A stretch of 64,000 nucleotides of DNA from Candidatus Hermodarchaeota archaeon. Lineage in GTDB: Archaea; Asgardarchaeota; Lokiarchaeia; Sigyniarchaeales; SOKP01. The position numbers and the translations under genes were made by a program. The notes under the pieces are model-generated. The model did no database searches. It had not been told where the DNA came from and was given only the letters and a program-made list of their open reading frames with translations. The stretch lies in NCBI GenBank assembly GCA_048885525.1, contig JBHLLP010000002.1:75114-139113 (forward strand), read 5' to 3'. Shown here piece by piece: positions 1 through 10,136 of this stretch; the first letter of the stretch is position 1, and each line of letters opens with the position of its first letter.

Positions 1-514
1 CAAAATGAGCTCTTATTATAGGAAAGGGCTTTTTCCATTTTATACGAGAAATTAATTCCTTAGGGATCTCTACTTCTTCTCCAGAAACAGCTAATTCATT
101 TCTTAAAATAGAAATTATTTTATATTTTGACTCTCCACCTATAAAAAATTCATGAAAAATACCAAAATCTTTAGCAATTCTAACTACTTCAGGAGTCCCA
201 GCAAAAAATAGTTGTTTAGGTTTGTATTCCGACTTTTCATATTTTTTTTTAAAATTTTGAAGAATTGGTATAACAGTAGAGGGTGTTAGCCGGTAGCTAA
301 GCCCTAAAATATCTGGTTTCACTCGTTTAATTTTATCAATAATCACAGAATTTGGAACTGCAGGTCCTAAAAAGAAGCATTCAAACCCCAATTGGGTTGC
401 AATGTTCATAAAATTATAAGATCCTGCTACATGAACGCATTGACCAATACATGCCGTTAAAATCTTTTTGGTTTTTAGCCTTTTGATATTATTATTATTA
501 TCTTTCATTATCAT
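1..514 (-). CDS. Cobalamin (B12)-binding domain protein, 3' end beyond the window edge
   Basis: Not in the ORF track. Manual translation gives MIMKDNNNNIKRLKTKKILTACIGQCVHVAGSYNF...FLGPAVP...PDILGLSYRLTP...FAGT, with an HxxG cobalamin-ligand motif and an SxxL-like motif. The frame is open to position 1. SD AAGGAGGA at 528-521. Confidence 0.8.
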   Translation of the reverse strand, partial: MIMKDNNNNIKRLKTKKILTACIGQCVHVAGSYNFMNIATQLGFECFFLGPAVPNSVIIDKIKRVKPDILGLSYRLTPSTVIPILQNFKKKYEKSEYKPKQLFFAGTPEVVRIAKDFGIFHEFFIGGESKYKIISILRNELAVSGEEVEIPKELISRIKWKKPFPIIRAHF

Positions 515-862
515 AAAATTTCCTCCTTATCGGAGTTTTTATAGTAATTATAATTCTTAATCATTCATAAGACAGACTTTGGGGTATTCCCTGAGCCAAA
601 TGATGAAAATTAGAAATAGATATATTTACTAATTTTTGATTGGTTATACAATTAACCATAGTAAACACTATATTATTATAGCAATGTTTGATATTTAAAT
701 ATAGTGATTATTTAAATAGATATAAATTTACTTTTTAATTAAATAAATAACCTTTTAAGTAAAAGTATTTGTCTATAAGAGAAGTAAATTTATATACTTT
801 TATATATAATATCTATATATAAAAAGAAATTTTTTTATAATATAATCTATTGGTGAAGTGAA

Positions 863-1087
863 ATTTCTTCTAGCCAATCACAAAGAAAATCTACCTTAGA
901 AATAGTAGAAAATATTTATAATGCCTTAGATGATGGGAAATTTCATACAATAAGCGAAATTTCTGAAAAGGCAAAGTCGAACTGGATTACAGTAAAAAAT
1001 CAAGTAGAACTTATTAAAAAAATTCAAGATTTACCTAAAATTGATATAATTCATGCCTCAAAGCAGATATTAGTGAGAAAAGTATAA
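863..1087 (+). CDS. Small winged-HTH-like DNA-binding protein (74 aa), probable ATT start
   Basis: Not in the ORF track. (I/M)SSSQSQRKSTLEIVENIYNALDDGKFHTISEISEKAKSNWITVKNQVELIKKIQDLPKI...LVRKV* has an HTH pattern. In-frame TGA at 854-856, GGTGA at 852-856, and no NTG near the 5' end of the frame. Confidence 0.7.
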   Translation: MSSSQSQRKSTLEIVENIYNALDDGKFHTISEISEKAKSNWITVKNQVELIKKIQDLPKIDIIHASKQILVRKV

Positions 1088-1200
1088 TTTAGAAAGGATA
1101 TAAACTTGTATTGTAAGCAGTATCAGAAAAAAATTGTATCTTATACTTACTTTAATGTTAATAAACAAATATTACCCTATTTATCAGAAATATGAGATAA

Positions 1201-1247
1201 ATTATTGTTGAGAAAATTTTTAGTCAATAATTACTGTTGAGAAAATT
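1201..1247. repeat. 18-bp direct repeat (17/18 identical) upstream of tfb
   Basis: ATTATTGTTGAGAAAATT at 1201-1218 and ATTACTGTTGAGAAAATT at 1230-1247. Confidence 0.7.
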
Positions 1248-1432
1248 AAAAAAGACAAAAAAGAAGAAGCCTAAGTAAAGAAGCTTATAGTATTTACAGA
1301 TAATTACAAATTGTAAAAATTTAAAGGCTCAAATAGAATTTCTGACTAAATCAATAAATCTTCCTAGGAAATATGATATCTCTATAGAAGGTTTTTTTTA
1401 AAAAATCTAAAAAAAAAATATTAAAAATTAAT

Positions 1433-2347
1433 ATGATTGAAAATAAAAATAATAAATCGGCTGAGTCAAATAATAAAGAAAAGTGTTGTAGAAATCCAAA
1501 TATTAATATTAGAAATGGGGCAAAGGTATGTTTAAATTGTGGTATGGTAATAGGCGTTGTATTACTACAGAAAGAAAGAAGAGCTTTCACTTTAGATGAA
1601 AGAAGAAAAAGAAAGCGAACTGAAAAAAGGTGGAGAGCTTATGGTCCCAGGACCATTCTTTCAAATGAAATTATAGACAGTAAAGGTAAAATCATTGATG
1701 CTAAAAAAAGATTAAAAATTAAACGTTTATCAAAAATACAAAGATCTTTAACTACAGGAATAGAGAGAAATTTATGGGAAGCTGAGCCAAAAATGTCATA
1801 TCTGGTTTCTAAATTAAATATTCCTGATTATGTTTTTAAAACGGCCTGGACAATTTATAAATCTGCTGCGGAAAAGAAATTAACAATGGGTAGATCGATT
1901 AAAGGATTTATAGCTGCTTCTTTATATGTTGCAATACGAACTTATGAAATTCCTCGGTTATTAGAAGAAATAACTGACGCTCTCTTTATCTCTCGAAGAA
2001 CTGTCATTCGTTCTTTAGGAATATTATTTAGAGAAATATTACCAGATCTTAATCTTAAATATAAACCAATTACACCAGAACAATTAGTATTTAAATTTGG
2101 AAATGAGTTAAAAATACCTATCAAAATACAAAAAAAAGCAGTTAATTTACTAAGATATTCGTCTAATAGAGGGCTTTCTACTAATGGAAAAGATCCAAAA
2201 GGATTTGCAGCTTCAGCTATTTATATGGCGGCAAAATCTACTGATCATCGTAAAACTCAGAGTCAAGTTTCAGATACAGCAAAAATCACAGAAGTAACTT
2301 TAAGAACTAGAATAAAAGAAATTAAAGAATTATCCCGTTTAAATTAA
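1433..2347 (+). CDS. tfb: Transcription initiation factor IIB (TFB) paralog
   Basis: N-terminal zinc ribbon (CC...CLNCG), ERRAF B-reader, two cyclin repeats (GRSIKGFIAASLY; GKDPKGFAASAIY), C-terminal ITEVTLRTR. Confidence 0.95.
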   Translation: MIENKNNKSAESNNKEKCCRNPNINIRNGAKVCLNCGMVIGVVLLQKERRAFTLDERRKRKRTEKRWRAYGPRTILSNEIIDSKGKIIDAKKRLKIKRLSKIQRSLTTGIERNLWEAEPKMSYLVSKLNIPDYVFKTAWTIYKSAAEKKLTMGRSIKGFIAASLYVAIRTYEIPRLLEEITDALFISRRTVIRSLGILFREILPDLNLKYKPITPEQLVFKFGNELKIPIKIQKKAVNLLRYSSNRGLSTNGKDPKGFAASAIYMAAKSTDHRKTQSQVSDTAKITEVTLRTRIKEIKELSRLN

Positions 2348-2357
2348 GAGTGTATTC

Positions 2358-4412
2358 ATGAATTCGAAAGGGTTATTTTTAGTAAGTCCTAACATAGGAC
2401 ATCCCAAAATATTGAATATTGATAGTAAATTAACTAAAAAAGACTTTAAAACAGATTTATTAATCATATCTAATATAAAGAATCCAAAAAAAGTAAAAGA
2501 ATTCTTAACAGATAATATTAAATTAATACCTATTTTTGACTATAAGTGGAAATTAGAACAACTTCTAAAAAAAAGAGGTTTAAGAAAAAAAATCAAACGA
2601 TTATGGAGAAAAATAAAAGCTTTTTTCTCATTTAGAAAAAAGGAAAAACATTTTGAAAGTTCAATAGAAGAATTAGACAAGTTTGGAGAAAAACAAAAAA
2701 GAACAGTAAAAATAAAAAAGAAGGATATAAAGAAAATAAAGCCTCGCGCTTTTAGGGGAATCCCAATAATTACTAAAATCATAAATATAATATCAACAAC
2801 CTCAATAAAGATCAATAACTCAAAATATATTGATGATCAATATTGTAGACCTCAGAATTATTTAAGAAAATTAGACGTTTTTGATAATTTGGATTATTTC
2901 TTTAAAATTACTTTAGAATTTAAAATAACTGATGAGATTTTAAAATTTTTGTCAACCAAAAAGTTCGTAATGTTTGACATTTTAGTTGAAGATATAAATT
3001 TGGACAAAGAAATAAATTATCACGCTATTGTAATTTCAAAAAACGATTGGACAAATATCAATATCATACAAGCAACTGATTTACATATAGCTAAAAGAAA
3101 TGATGAAATATTTGATAAAATAAATAAAATGTATCGAAATCTTAGAAGTAAAAATATTAAAAAAATAAATCAAATAGAAACTAATCAACTAAACTCAAAA
3201 GATAAAGGTGATATTAGAAAATCTCTTTTTAAAATTGATCTCTCATTTAAAAAGAGACTGATTAATCCAAACAATCTTTTTAGAAAATTTATTGAGATTG
3301 TAAATAAGAAAGTAACCAAAAATGAAATTGACTTTATAATTATTACAGGAGATATTGTAGATTTTACTAATATTAGTAAAACACCAGAAAATAAAAATAA
3401 AATTTTTAGGTATAAAAAGAGTAATTGGAAAGTCTTCAAAATAATTGTCTTGAATATAAATCAGACTAATACTAAGGGTGTTAAAAGATCAACGGAAATA
3501 TTATGTCCAATCTTTACCATTCCCGGCAATCATGATTATCGCCCTTGGCAGTATGATTTAAATTGGGGAGGAATTTATAAAAAAATAGGGCTTAAAAAAA
3601 TTGAAGCTCAAGCATTAAAAGATGAATATTCAGCTTCTCCAATCAAAGCTATTTTAAAAAGTGAAAATGCATTAAAAGGATATTTGTCCGAAATAAATGC
3701 TTCACTAAATTACTATTTAAAATTAGAAAATTCTGTGTTTATTTTTTTAAATACTGGGGCGGATTCCTATAAAAAAATAACAGATTTTATATCAGGAAGC
3801 CCTTCTCTAACAGGTCTTACTCACAGGCAAATAGAATTTTTAAATAATATTATTGAATATAAGCACAATAAAAAATCTCAAATTTTTCTTTGTTTGCATG
3901 CACCTCCTATAAATACAAGAGAGAAACGAGGTATATTAAGCCGAATAAAGAAAAAATTTAAAAAAATGATGAGAATACATTTAGATCAGTTCAAAGAATC
4001 TAAATTTGCAAGTCTAAAAAGGAAAAGAGAAAAAGCCAGAATTGATAATAAATTTAATATAACATATGGAACGATTTCTTCTAATTGGGAGAAATTGATT
4101 GATTTTTGTATCAAATATTGTATTCTAACTATCTCAGGTCATACACACATGTTAAATGAATATAGATTGAAAAAATCTTTACAAAATAGCTCTAATGATA
4201 AGGAAGTGAAAAATTCATCTTTTTCAGTATTTTATGATGATTATTCTGAGATTTGTAAAAACATAAAGGATATTCAAAAATATAGTCCCTTTATAGTTCA
4301 AACTCCTGCGCTAGGATTAAAATCCTTTAAAAGACTTAAGAAAGCAGGAGCATATCGAGAAATAATAATAAAAAATGGAAAATTAGATTCATTTCAAGTT
4401 AAATATCTATAA
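2358..4412 (+). CDS. Large Lys-rich calcineurin-like metallophosphoesterase
   Basis: Motifs DLH, GDIVD, GNHD, LHAPP and GHTH appear in canonical order with long basic insertions. Confidence 0.85.
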   Translation: MNSKGLFLVSPNIGHPKILNIDSKLTKKDFKTDLLIISNIKNPKKVKEFLTDNIKLIPIFDYKWKLEQLLKKRGLRKKIKRLWRKIKAFFSFRKKEKHFESSIEELDKFGEKQKRTVKIKKKDIKKIKPRAFRGIPIITKIINIISTTSIKINNSKYIDDQYCRPQNYLRKLDVFDNLDYFFKITLEFKITDEILKFLSTKKFVMFDILVEDINLDKEINYHAIVISKNDWTNINIIQATDLHIAKRNDEIFDKINKMYRNLRSKNIKKINQIETNQLNSKDKGDIRKSLFKIDLSFKKRLINPNNLFRKFIEIVNKKVTKNEIDFIIITGDIVDFTNISKTPENKNKIFRYKKSNWKVFKIIVLNINQTNTKGVKRSTEILCPIFTIPGNHDYRPWQYDLNWGGIYKKIGLKKIEAQALKDEYSASPIKAILKSENALKGYLSEINASLNYYLKLENSVFIFLNTGADSYKKITDFISGSPSLTGLTHRQIEFLNNIIEYKHNKKSQIFLCLHAPPINTREKRGILSRIKKKFKKMMRIHLDQFKESKFASLKRKREKARIDNKFNITYGTISSNWEKLIDFCIKYCILTISGHTHMLNEYRLKKSLQNSSNDKEVKNSSFSVFYDDYSEICKNIKDIQKYSPFIVQTPALGLKSFKRLKKAGAYREIIIKNGKLDSFQVKYL

Positions 4413-4457
4413 ATAGTTTATTCATGACATAAAAAAGCAGTGGAGGTGAAAACTAAA

Positions 4458-4775
4458 ATAAAAGATGAGAAAATATGTCAGATATGTAGCTTTCCAAAAG
4501 AATTATGTATCTGTGAAAAATTAGGAGCCGAGGATCAACAAATAGAAATTTATAATGAAAAAAGAAGATGGGGGAAAAAAGTGACCATTGCTAAGTTTAA
4601 TGGTAACTTTAATATTGATTTAGATAATCTTATTACTAGAGCAAAGAAAAAGTGCGCTTCTGGTGGAACATATGGAGACAATTATATTGAAGTACAAGGA
4701 GATCATCGTTTTAGATTAAAAAAATTTCTAATTAATGAAGGTTTCCCTAAAGAAAAAATTTTAATTGAAGATTAA
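4458..4775 (+). CDS. sui1: Translation initiation factor aIF1 (SUI1); start placed at ATA 4458 (track uses GTG 4440)
   Basis: CxxCxxPxxLCxC zinc knuckle, RRWGKKVT, KKKCASGGT, IEVQGDH. SD GGAGGTGA at 4442-4449 overlaps both GTG codons and sits 8 nt before ATA 4458. Confidence 0.93.
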   Translation: MKDEKICQICSFPKELCICEKLGAEDQQIEIYNEKRRWGKKVTIAKFNGNFNIDLDNLITRAKKKCASGGTYGDNYIEVQGDHRFRLKKFLINEGFPKEKILIED

Positions 4776-4952
4776 AATTGTGAATGATGCATTAATTGGT
4801 TTAAAGCTATAGATGATTTTAGAGAATTTATAATAGATCTGGATTATATCTTTATTATTATAGAGATTTAAAAGCCTCTCTTTTGAAATCAAAAAAAATA
4901 TAAAAAATCAATAAATCACTTGAAAATTAATGATATTCTTCTTAATCCTATC

Positions 4953-5432
4953 TTATTTTTCCTTTAGAAAAAACATTTTTCTCTTGGAATGAACTGCTTC
5001 AAAAGATTCTTTATAAATTTTGATGTCTTCATGTATTTCTTCTAATTCTTCATTTTTCAGCATATTATCAAAAATTCTTTTTGTTGAGAGGTATAATTTA
5101 GGAACAAATGTATCTATTTGAGATAATTGGTAAGCTAGTTCTTTTATTGAAGAAAAATCTAATTTCAAATTAATTTCTTTCCTTTTAATTCTTTCAATAA
5201 TTTTCTTCTCCAATTTTCTTCGTGAAATATTACTCCATGTTATTTCATACACGAAATAATTGACAGACTGAACTGCTTCAGTTAAAAGGGCGGTTCCTGT
5301 TGCTATAAAAATGCTTCCCGTAATCAAATATGCTGTTAAAGTCCCTAATGCTAGCGTTAATGATCTATAAATTATACTTTTAACAATACTTTGTTTCCAC
5401 TCTATTTTCGACAATTTTTTTTTTAATGTCAT
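4953..5432 (-). CDS. DUF2061-like small membrane protein with soluble C-terminus
   Basis: SIVKSIIYR followed by two hydrophobic helices and YFVYEITW. Confidence 0.6.
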   Translation of the reverse strand: MTLKKKLSKIEWKQSIVKSIIYRSLTLALGTLTAYLITGSIFIATGTALLTEAVQSVNYFVYEITWSNISRRKLEKKIIERIKRKEINLKLDFSSIKELAYQLSQIDTFVPKLYLSTKRIFDNMLKNEELEEIHEDIKIYKESFEAVHSKRKMFFLKEK

Positions 5433-5568
5433 CTCAAAGTTTTTATAATTCCTATTTTATAAGAATTTCAGTTAATATATTTAATAATTTTTTTCTTAAT
5501 TAATCAATAATGAATATTCTCCAAATTGTCTTTTTGAAAAAAAAGTTTCTTTAAAAAAAAATGAAGCA

Positions 5569-6231
5569 CTAGTCATATTCTAAAGATTTATAACAAAACC
5601 ACCAATCATAGCACCTATATTCCTTAGATCTTTGTTCTGCTGTTTCTTCATCTGTGGGGGGTGGTATTATAACTTGTTGACTAATTAATTCATTATTTGG
5701 CCAATTTGCAGGAATTGCAACCTTCTCTTGATCTGCATTTTTCAGGGCTTTAATTATTCTAATAATTTCATCTATATTTCGACCAAGTTCTTGTGGATAA
5801 AAGAGAATTACTCTTATTACTGTCTTTGGATCAACAATAAAGACAGCTCTAACAGTATTAGGTCCTTTACCAAGATGGATCATGCCCAGTCTTTTAGCAA
5901 TATTACCATTATCAGCAATTATTGGAAATGGTATTTTTACTCCTAATTTTTCGGCAATCCATTCTATCCATTTTAAATGTGAAAAAACCTGATCTATGGA
6001 AAGTCCTACTAATTCACATTCTAATTTTTGGAATTCTTCATATCGCTTTGCAAAAGCTACATATTCAGTTGTACACACAGGTGTAAAATCTGCAGGATGA
6101 CTAAAAAATACAAACCATTGTCGTTTAAAATCTTTTGGAATTTCTTTTTTACCGTGAGTTGTTATTACTTCCATCTCTGGAAATTTATCACCAATTAATG
6201 GAAATGAATTAGAATTTTTAGAGTTATTCAT
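5569..6231 (-). CDS. Peroxiredoxin (Prx6 / archaeal type)
   Basis: [27 protein letters not shown]-terminal CYDWWFC. Confidence 0.95.
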   Translation of the reverse strand: MNNSKNSNSFPLIGDKFPEMEVITTHGKKEIPKDFKRQWFVFFSHPADFTPVCTTEYVAFAKRYEEFQKLECELVGLSIDQVFSHLKWIEWIAEKLGVKIPFPIIADNGNIAKRLGMIHLGKGPNTVRAVFIVDPKTVIRVILFYPQELGRNIDEIIRIIKALKNADQEKVAIPANWPNNELISQQVIIPPPTDEETAEQRSKEYRCYDWWFCYKSLEYD

Positions 6232-6310
6232 ATAATTTCACCTCAGATATTTTTTTTATTATATCTTATTATATTCTTTTTAATTAGATATCAAATTTTA
6301 ATCGATAATC

Positions 6311-6577
6311 TTATGGTTTTGATATTTTTTTGTTTATGTAATCTATTATTATCAAATTTTTGGGTTCTAATTTCATTTTTCCTATATCTTTTGATATCTC
6401 ATTTAAAACATTCTTTTTATTAGAACGATCTTTTATCCTTGAGATTATTTTAATTTTTAATTCTTTGTTCCTCTTAAACCTTAAATTATTTTTCTTGGTT
6501 TGTTCTAATTTTCTAATATTTCCTGATTTTAAGTATTTTTTATTATTTTTTTCATTGCTATGTGTCAAATTTTTCAT
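6311..6577 (-). CDS. Possible small basic hypothetical protein (doubtful)
   Basis: 88-aa K/N-rich ORF on the same strand as its neighbours; no motif; composition could reflect AT-rich noncoding DNA. Confidence 0.3.
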   Translation of the reverse strand: MKNLTHSNEKNNKKYLKSGNIRKLEQTKKNNLRFKRNKELKIKIISRIKDRSNKKNVLNEISKDIGKMKLEPKNLIIIDYINKKISKP

Positions 6578-6910
6578 CTGTTTATTATATTCTATTAATT
6601 CTATTATTAAATTTAACTATTACTTAATTTTCTCTGAAGTAATTTAAAATAATAATTTGAGTCTTATAGGATAATTGATTTGGTTAGTTTTTATAAACTA
6701 TATATCTAAGGATTAATTTTAGATTTCCTAAGTTAATAAATTTCAAACCATTTTTATATATTTTCTTAAAAAATACATACCTTTTAATTTTTTTGTTTTA
6801 AAAAGATAAAAATTAAAATTATTTTATTGTATAGACATTATTAGAGTAATTATTTTATAATTTAAGGTTATTCCTATGCTCTCTTTTAAGTTTCAAATTA
6901 CATAATAGAT

Positions 6911-7930
6911 TCAATTTTTATCTTTTTCTAATATTGATTCATAAACCTTAATGTAATCATCAACCATTCTTTCAACAGAAAACTTTTTTTCAACCCATCT
7001 TCGACATTCTGAGCGATCAATAAGATCAATTTTTTTTAATGCATTAATTGCTTCTTCATGAGAATTGACTAAAAAGCCAGTTTTTCCATTTACAATTACT
7101 TCAGCCATACTACCTTTGTTAAAAGATATTACGGGTGTTCCACAAGCCATTGCCTCTACAACTGACAATCCAAATGCCTCAGGAATATTAATAGGGTTTA
7201 ATAATGCATAAGCTCCTCCTAATAACTCATCTCTTTTCTTTGGATCAGCAATACCAACATACTTGACTAATTCATCATCAAGGAAAGGTTCAATATTTCT
7301 TTTAAAATAATCCTTATCTTGAATAATTCCTGCTAAGATTAATTTCATTTCAACTTTAAGAGCCATTTCAATAGCTTCTTTAGCACCTTTATCATGATGT
7401 AAACGACCAAAAAATATTAGATAATCTTTTGGATTAGATTTAAAAGTAAATTGGTTCAAATCTATACCATGATATACCGTAGCTATATAATTTAATTCTG
7501 GAATTCTAGCAGCATTACTTATAGAAACGTAATAACTCTGATTATTGTATTTCTTATACACAGGTAAAATTTTGGGAGATGAGATACCATGAATTGTTGT
7601 TACCACAGGAGTGGATGTCATTTTTATATATGTTAATGGTAAAAAATCAAAATGGTTATGAATAATATCAAAATCATCTCCTCTTTCGAACAATTCAGAT
7701 ATATGTAAACATTCCCATACTTTTGGAATTATTTGATTATCTTCTTCATAACCATGTTCACAAACACCAACAAGATTTGCTTTAGTAATGGAATTTTTTG
7801 TAGCAAATAAAGTGACATCAATCCCTTTCTTTATAAGTCCTTCTGTCAATAAAGAGACTATATATTCCCATGGTCCATAAGAGCGAGGAGGAGTACGCCA
7901 TGCGATTGGTGAGAGTATTGCTACGTGTAT
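6911..7930 (-). CDS. Glycosyltransferase family 4; probable ATA start at 7930 or 7933
   Basis: The frame extends upstream of the track's TTG through HVAILSPIAWRTPPRSYGPWE, the GT4 N-terminal strand and loop. C-terminal EAFGLSVVEAMACGTP. Confidence 0.92.
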   Translation of the reverse strand: MHVAILSPIAWRTPPRSYGPWEYIVSLLTEGLIKKGIDVTLFATKNSITKANLVGVCEHGYEEDNQIIPKVWECLHISELFERGDDFDIIHNHFDFLPLTYIKMTSTPVVTTIHGISSPKILPVYKKYNNQSYYVSISNAARIPELNYIATVYHGIDLNQFTFKSNPKDYLIFFGRLHHDKGAKEAIEMALKVEMKLILAGIIQDKDYFKRNIEPFLDDELVKYVGIADPKKRDELLGGAYALLNPINIPEAFGLSVVEAMACGTPVISFNKGSMAEVIVNGKTGFLVNSHEEAINALKKIDLIDRSECRRWVEKKFSVERMVDDYIKVYESILEKDKN

Positions 7931-7932
7931 TA

Positions 7933-8892
7933 TTAGTCACCTAATACAAAATTTTGCTTTTCAAGCCATTTAAGAATTTCTGAAAGACTTGCGGTTGCCA
8001 AAGCTATAGAACTATCAGCACATCCATAATAAAGTAGGATATCATCATTTTCTTGAATCCAGCCACATGGAAAAACAACTTTATCAACATCACCAAAGAT
8101 TTCATACGATTCTTTTGGAGAAAAGACCCACTCATCAGATCGTGCGATTACTTTGCAGGGATCTTTTAGATCTAAAAGTCCAAGTCCTAAGCGATAAATG
8201 ATACCACTAGCGGTTGTTTTAACTCCATGGTAAAGTATTAACCATCCAGAATCAGTTTTCAATGGAGGGGGAGATAAACCAATTTTATTTGCATCCCACC
8301 AACTTCCATCTCTAGCGGGAATAAGAAGTTTGTGATCACCCCAATGTTTAAGATCCGGTGAAAAAGCAATCCATATATGGGCACCAGTTCCTGACATTTT
8401 AGCAACGGGTCTATGAAGTATTGCCCATCGATTATTAAACTGAATTGGAAATATAGCAGCATCCTTGTTCTCTGGTGGCATAATAACCCCATAACGATTA
8501 AAATGCTTGAAATCTTTGGTACATGCTAATGAAACTAAAGGTCCAGCTTTAGAATAGGCAGTATAGATAATAACCCATAAATTTTTTTCTTCCAAGAATG
8601 TAATTCTAGGATCTTCAATACCCCATATTTCTTCTGGATAAGTCTTAGGATTTGGTGTCATAGTAGGTTGGGTATCAATATGCCAATTACTTATTCCATC
8701 TTTACTACGAGCTAAAGTAAAATGGGAAATTCCTCTTTTATCTTCTACTCTCATTAGAAGTATAATTTCATTATGAAATTTAATTGCACCTGCATTGAAA
8801 ACTGTATTCGCAAGATAAGGCAAATCTTTTATTGAAATAATTGGATTGGCTGGATGCCGCTTAAAAAGCTCATTAAAATTTGATTTTACGAT
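7933..8892 (-). CDS. GH130-like glycosidase/phosphorylase (five-bladed beta-propeller); probable ATC start
   Basis: FKRHPANPII (upstream of the track start), VFNAGA, GIEDPRI, NKDAAIFP, LHRP, YHGV, VVFPCG, YYGCAD. Confidence 0.9.
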   Translation of the reverse strand: MVKSNFNELFKRHPANPIISIKDLPYLANTVFNAGAIKFHNEIILLMRVEDKRGISHFTLARSKDGISNWHIDTQPTMTPNPKTYPEEIWGIEDPRITFLEEKNLWVIIYTAYSKAGPLVSLACTKDFKHFNRYGVIMPPENKDAAIFPIQFNNRWAILHRPVAKMSGTGAHIWIAFSPDLKHWGDHKLLIPARDGSWWDANKIGLSPPPLKTDSGWLILYHGVKTTASGIIYRLGLGLLDLKDPCKVIARSDEWVFSPKESYEIFGDVDKVVFPCGWIQENDDILLYYGCADSSIALATASLSEILKWLEKQNFVLGD

Positions 8893-8905
8893 TAGATTAA
8901 CACCT

Positions 8906-10132
8906 TTAAAATTCTAATTCTAAATTAACCTTTTGACAAGTTTTTTTAGCTTCTCTTGCTAGTTTGTATGCTTGATTATATTGTTTAGCAATAATTTCCC
9001 AAGAAACTACATTATCAAGATATCGCTTTAAATTCTCACCAAGTTTCAGTCGAAGATTCTCATTACAAGCTAGTTGAATTACCCTTTCTTTTAGCATTTT
9101 CTTTGTTGTAAATAATAAACCTCCACCACTTTCTAAAGTTTGAGCTGTTAATCCTTCCATTGGGGCTGTTGTTACATAAGGTTTATTTAAAGCTATTATC
9201 CTTGCTAATGTTCCAGATTGTGTTTCGTCAACCGTAGGTAATACAATGAAATCACAAATTGCCATTACTTTATAGTAGATATCTCCTCTAGGGATAAATT
9301 CATAATAATGAGCGATCCCTTTGTCTTGAAGTTCAAGAATGTCAGATTTCCACATTTCATAATCATTTTTATGATTCGGGTCTCGTAAAGTACCTGCAGC
9401 AAATAATTCCCATTTCTGACCACACTTTTCTTTTATCTTTTCATGAATCTCTCCCCAACTTGAAAGTAGTATGTCCCATCTTTTATTAGTTTGTATCCAT
9501 CCAATCATTCCAACAAGATGATCTGATAAATTCAATTGATCTAAACCCAGCTCTGTCTTTAATTTATTAATTTCATCTATTCCCCATCTTTTATCAGATC
9601 GGGCACCATGTGGAACCACCATAATATTTTTTGGAGTTTCCCATCCTCGGGCTCTAAAAGACCAATCCAATCTCCACTTTTGATAATGGCATTTAAAAAA
9701 AACTACATCACTTCTTTGGCAAAGTTGATAAATAAAATCAGCTTCAAAATCAGTAATCCGTCCATGAATAGTATGTGGTTCAACTACAATGGGATAATCA
9801 TCAATTGCCTCAAGAAGTTTAAGAAAACCTTCATTTCTATCCCCTATCCCACGTTTATCTCTATATTCATAAAGTCCATATTCATGTTCTAAATGAATTG
9901 CATATGGTTTCAACTCATCAATTTTTTTTGCAATAGGTTCATACCAATCATATCTATTTATCTCAATTAAAGGAAAAACCCCTTCTCCTTCTCCATCTGT
10001 ATGGCTAATTACAAAAACATCCCTTTGAGGATTTGTCTTTTGGATGAACTCTCTTGCTTCTTCAGCAAATGTAGCAATACCACAAAGTCGTGGTGGGTAA
10101 GAACTTATTATTACTATTGGTTGATTTGACAT
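8906..10132 (-). CDS. Glycosyltransferase family 4-like
   Basis: SSYPPRLCGIATF, EHEYGLY, VVPHG, QSGTLA; paralogous to the N-terminal half of 10137-12434. Confidence 0.88.
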   Translation of the reverse strand: MSNQPIVIISSYPPRLCGIATFAEEAREFIQKTNPQRDVFVISHTDGEGEGVFPLIEINRYDWYEPIAKKIDELKPYAIHLEHEYGLYEYRDKRGIGDRNEGFLKLLEAIDDYPIVVEPHTIHGRITDFEADFIYQLCQRSDVVFFKCHYQKWRLDWSFRARGWETPKNIMVVPHGARSDKRWGIDEINKLKTELGLDQLNLSDHLVGMIGWIQTNKRWDILLSSWGEIHEKIKEKCGQKWELFAAGTLRDPNHKNDYEMWKSDILELQDKGIAHYYEFIPRGDIYYKVMAICDFIVLPTVDETQSGTLARIIALNKPYVTTAPMEGLTAQTLESGGGLLFTTKKMLKERVIQLACNENLRLKLGENLKRYLDNVVSWEIIAKQYNQAYKLAREAKKTCQKVNLELEF

Positions 10133-10136
10133 TTTT

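Noticed and set aside
596-643. Functional SECIS or complete C/D-box guide RNA
   Set aside because: No plus-strand UGA-containing gene upstream in the window, and the outer C and D boxes are not canonical; reported only as a candidate structured element
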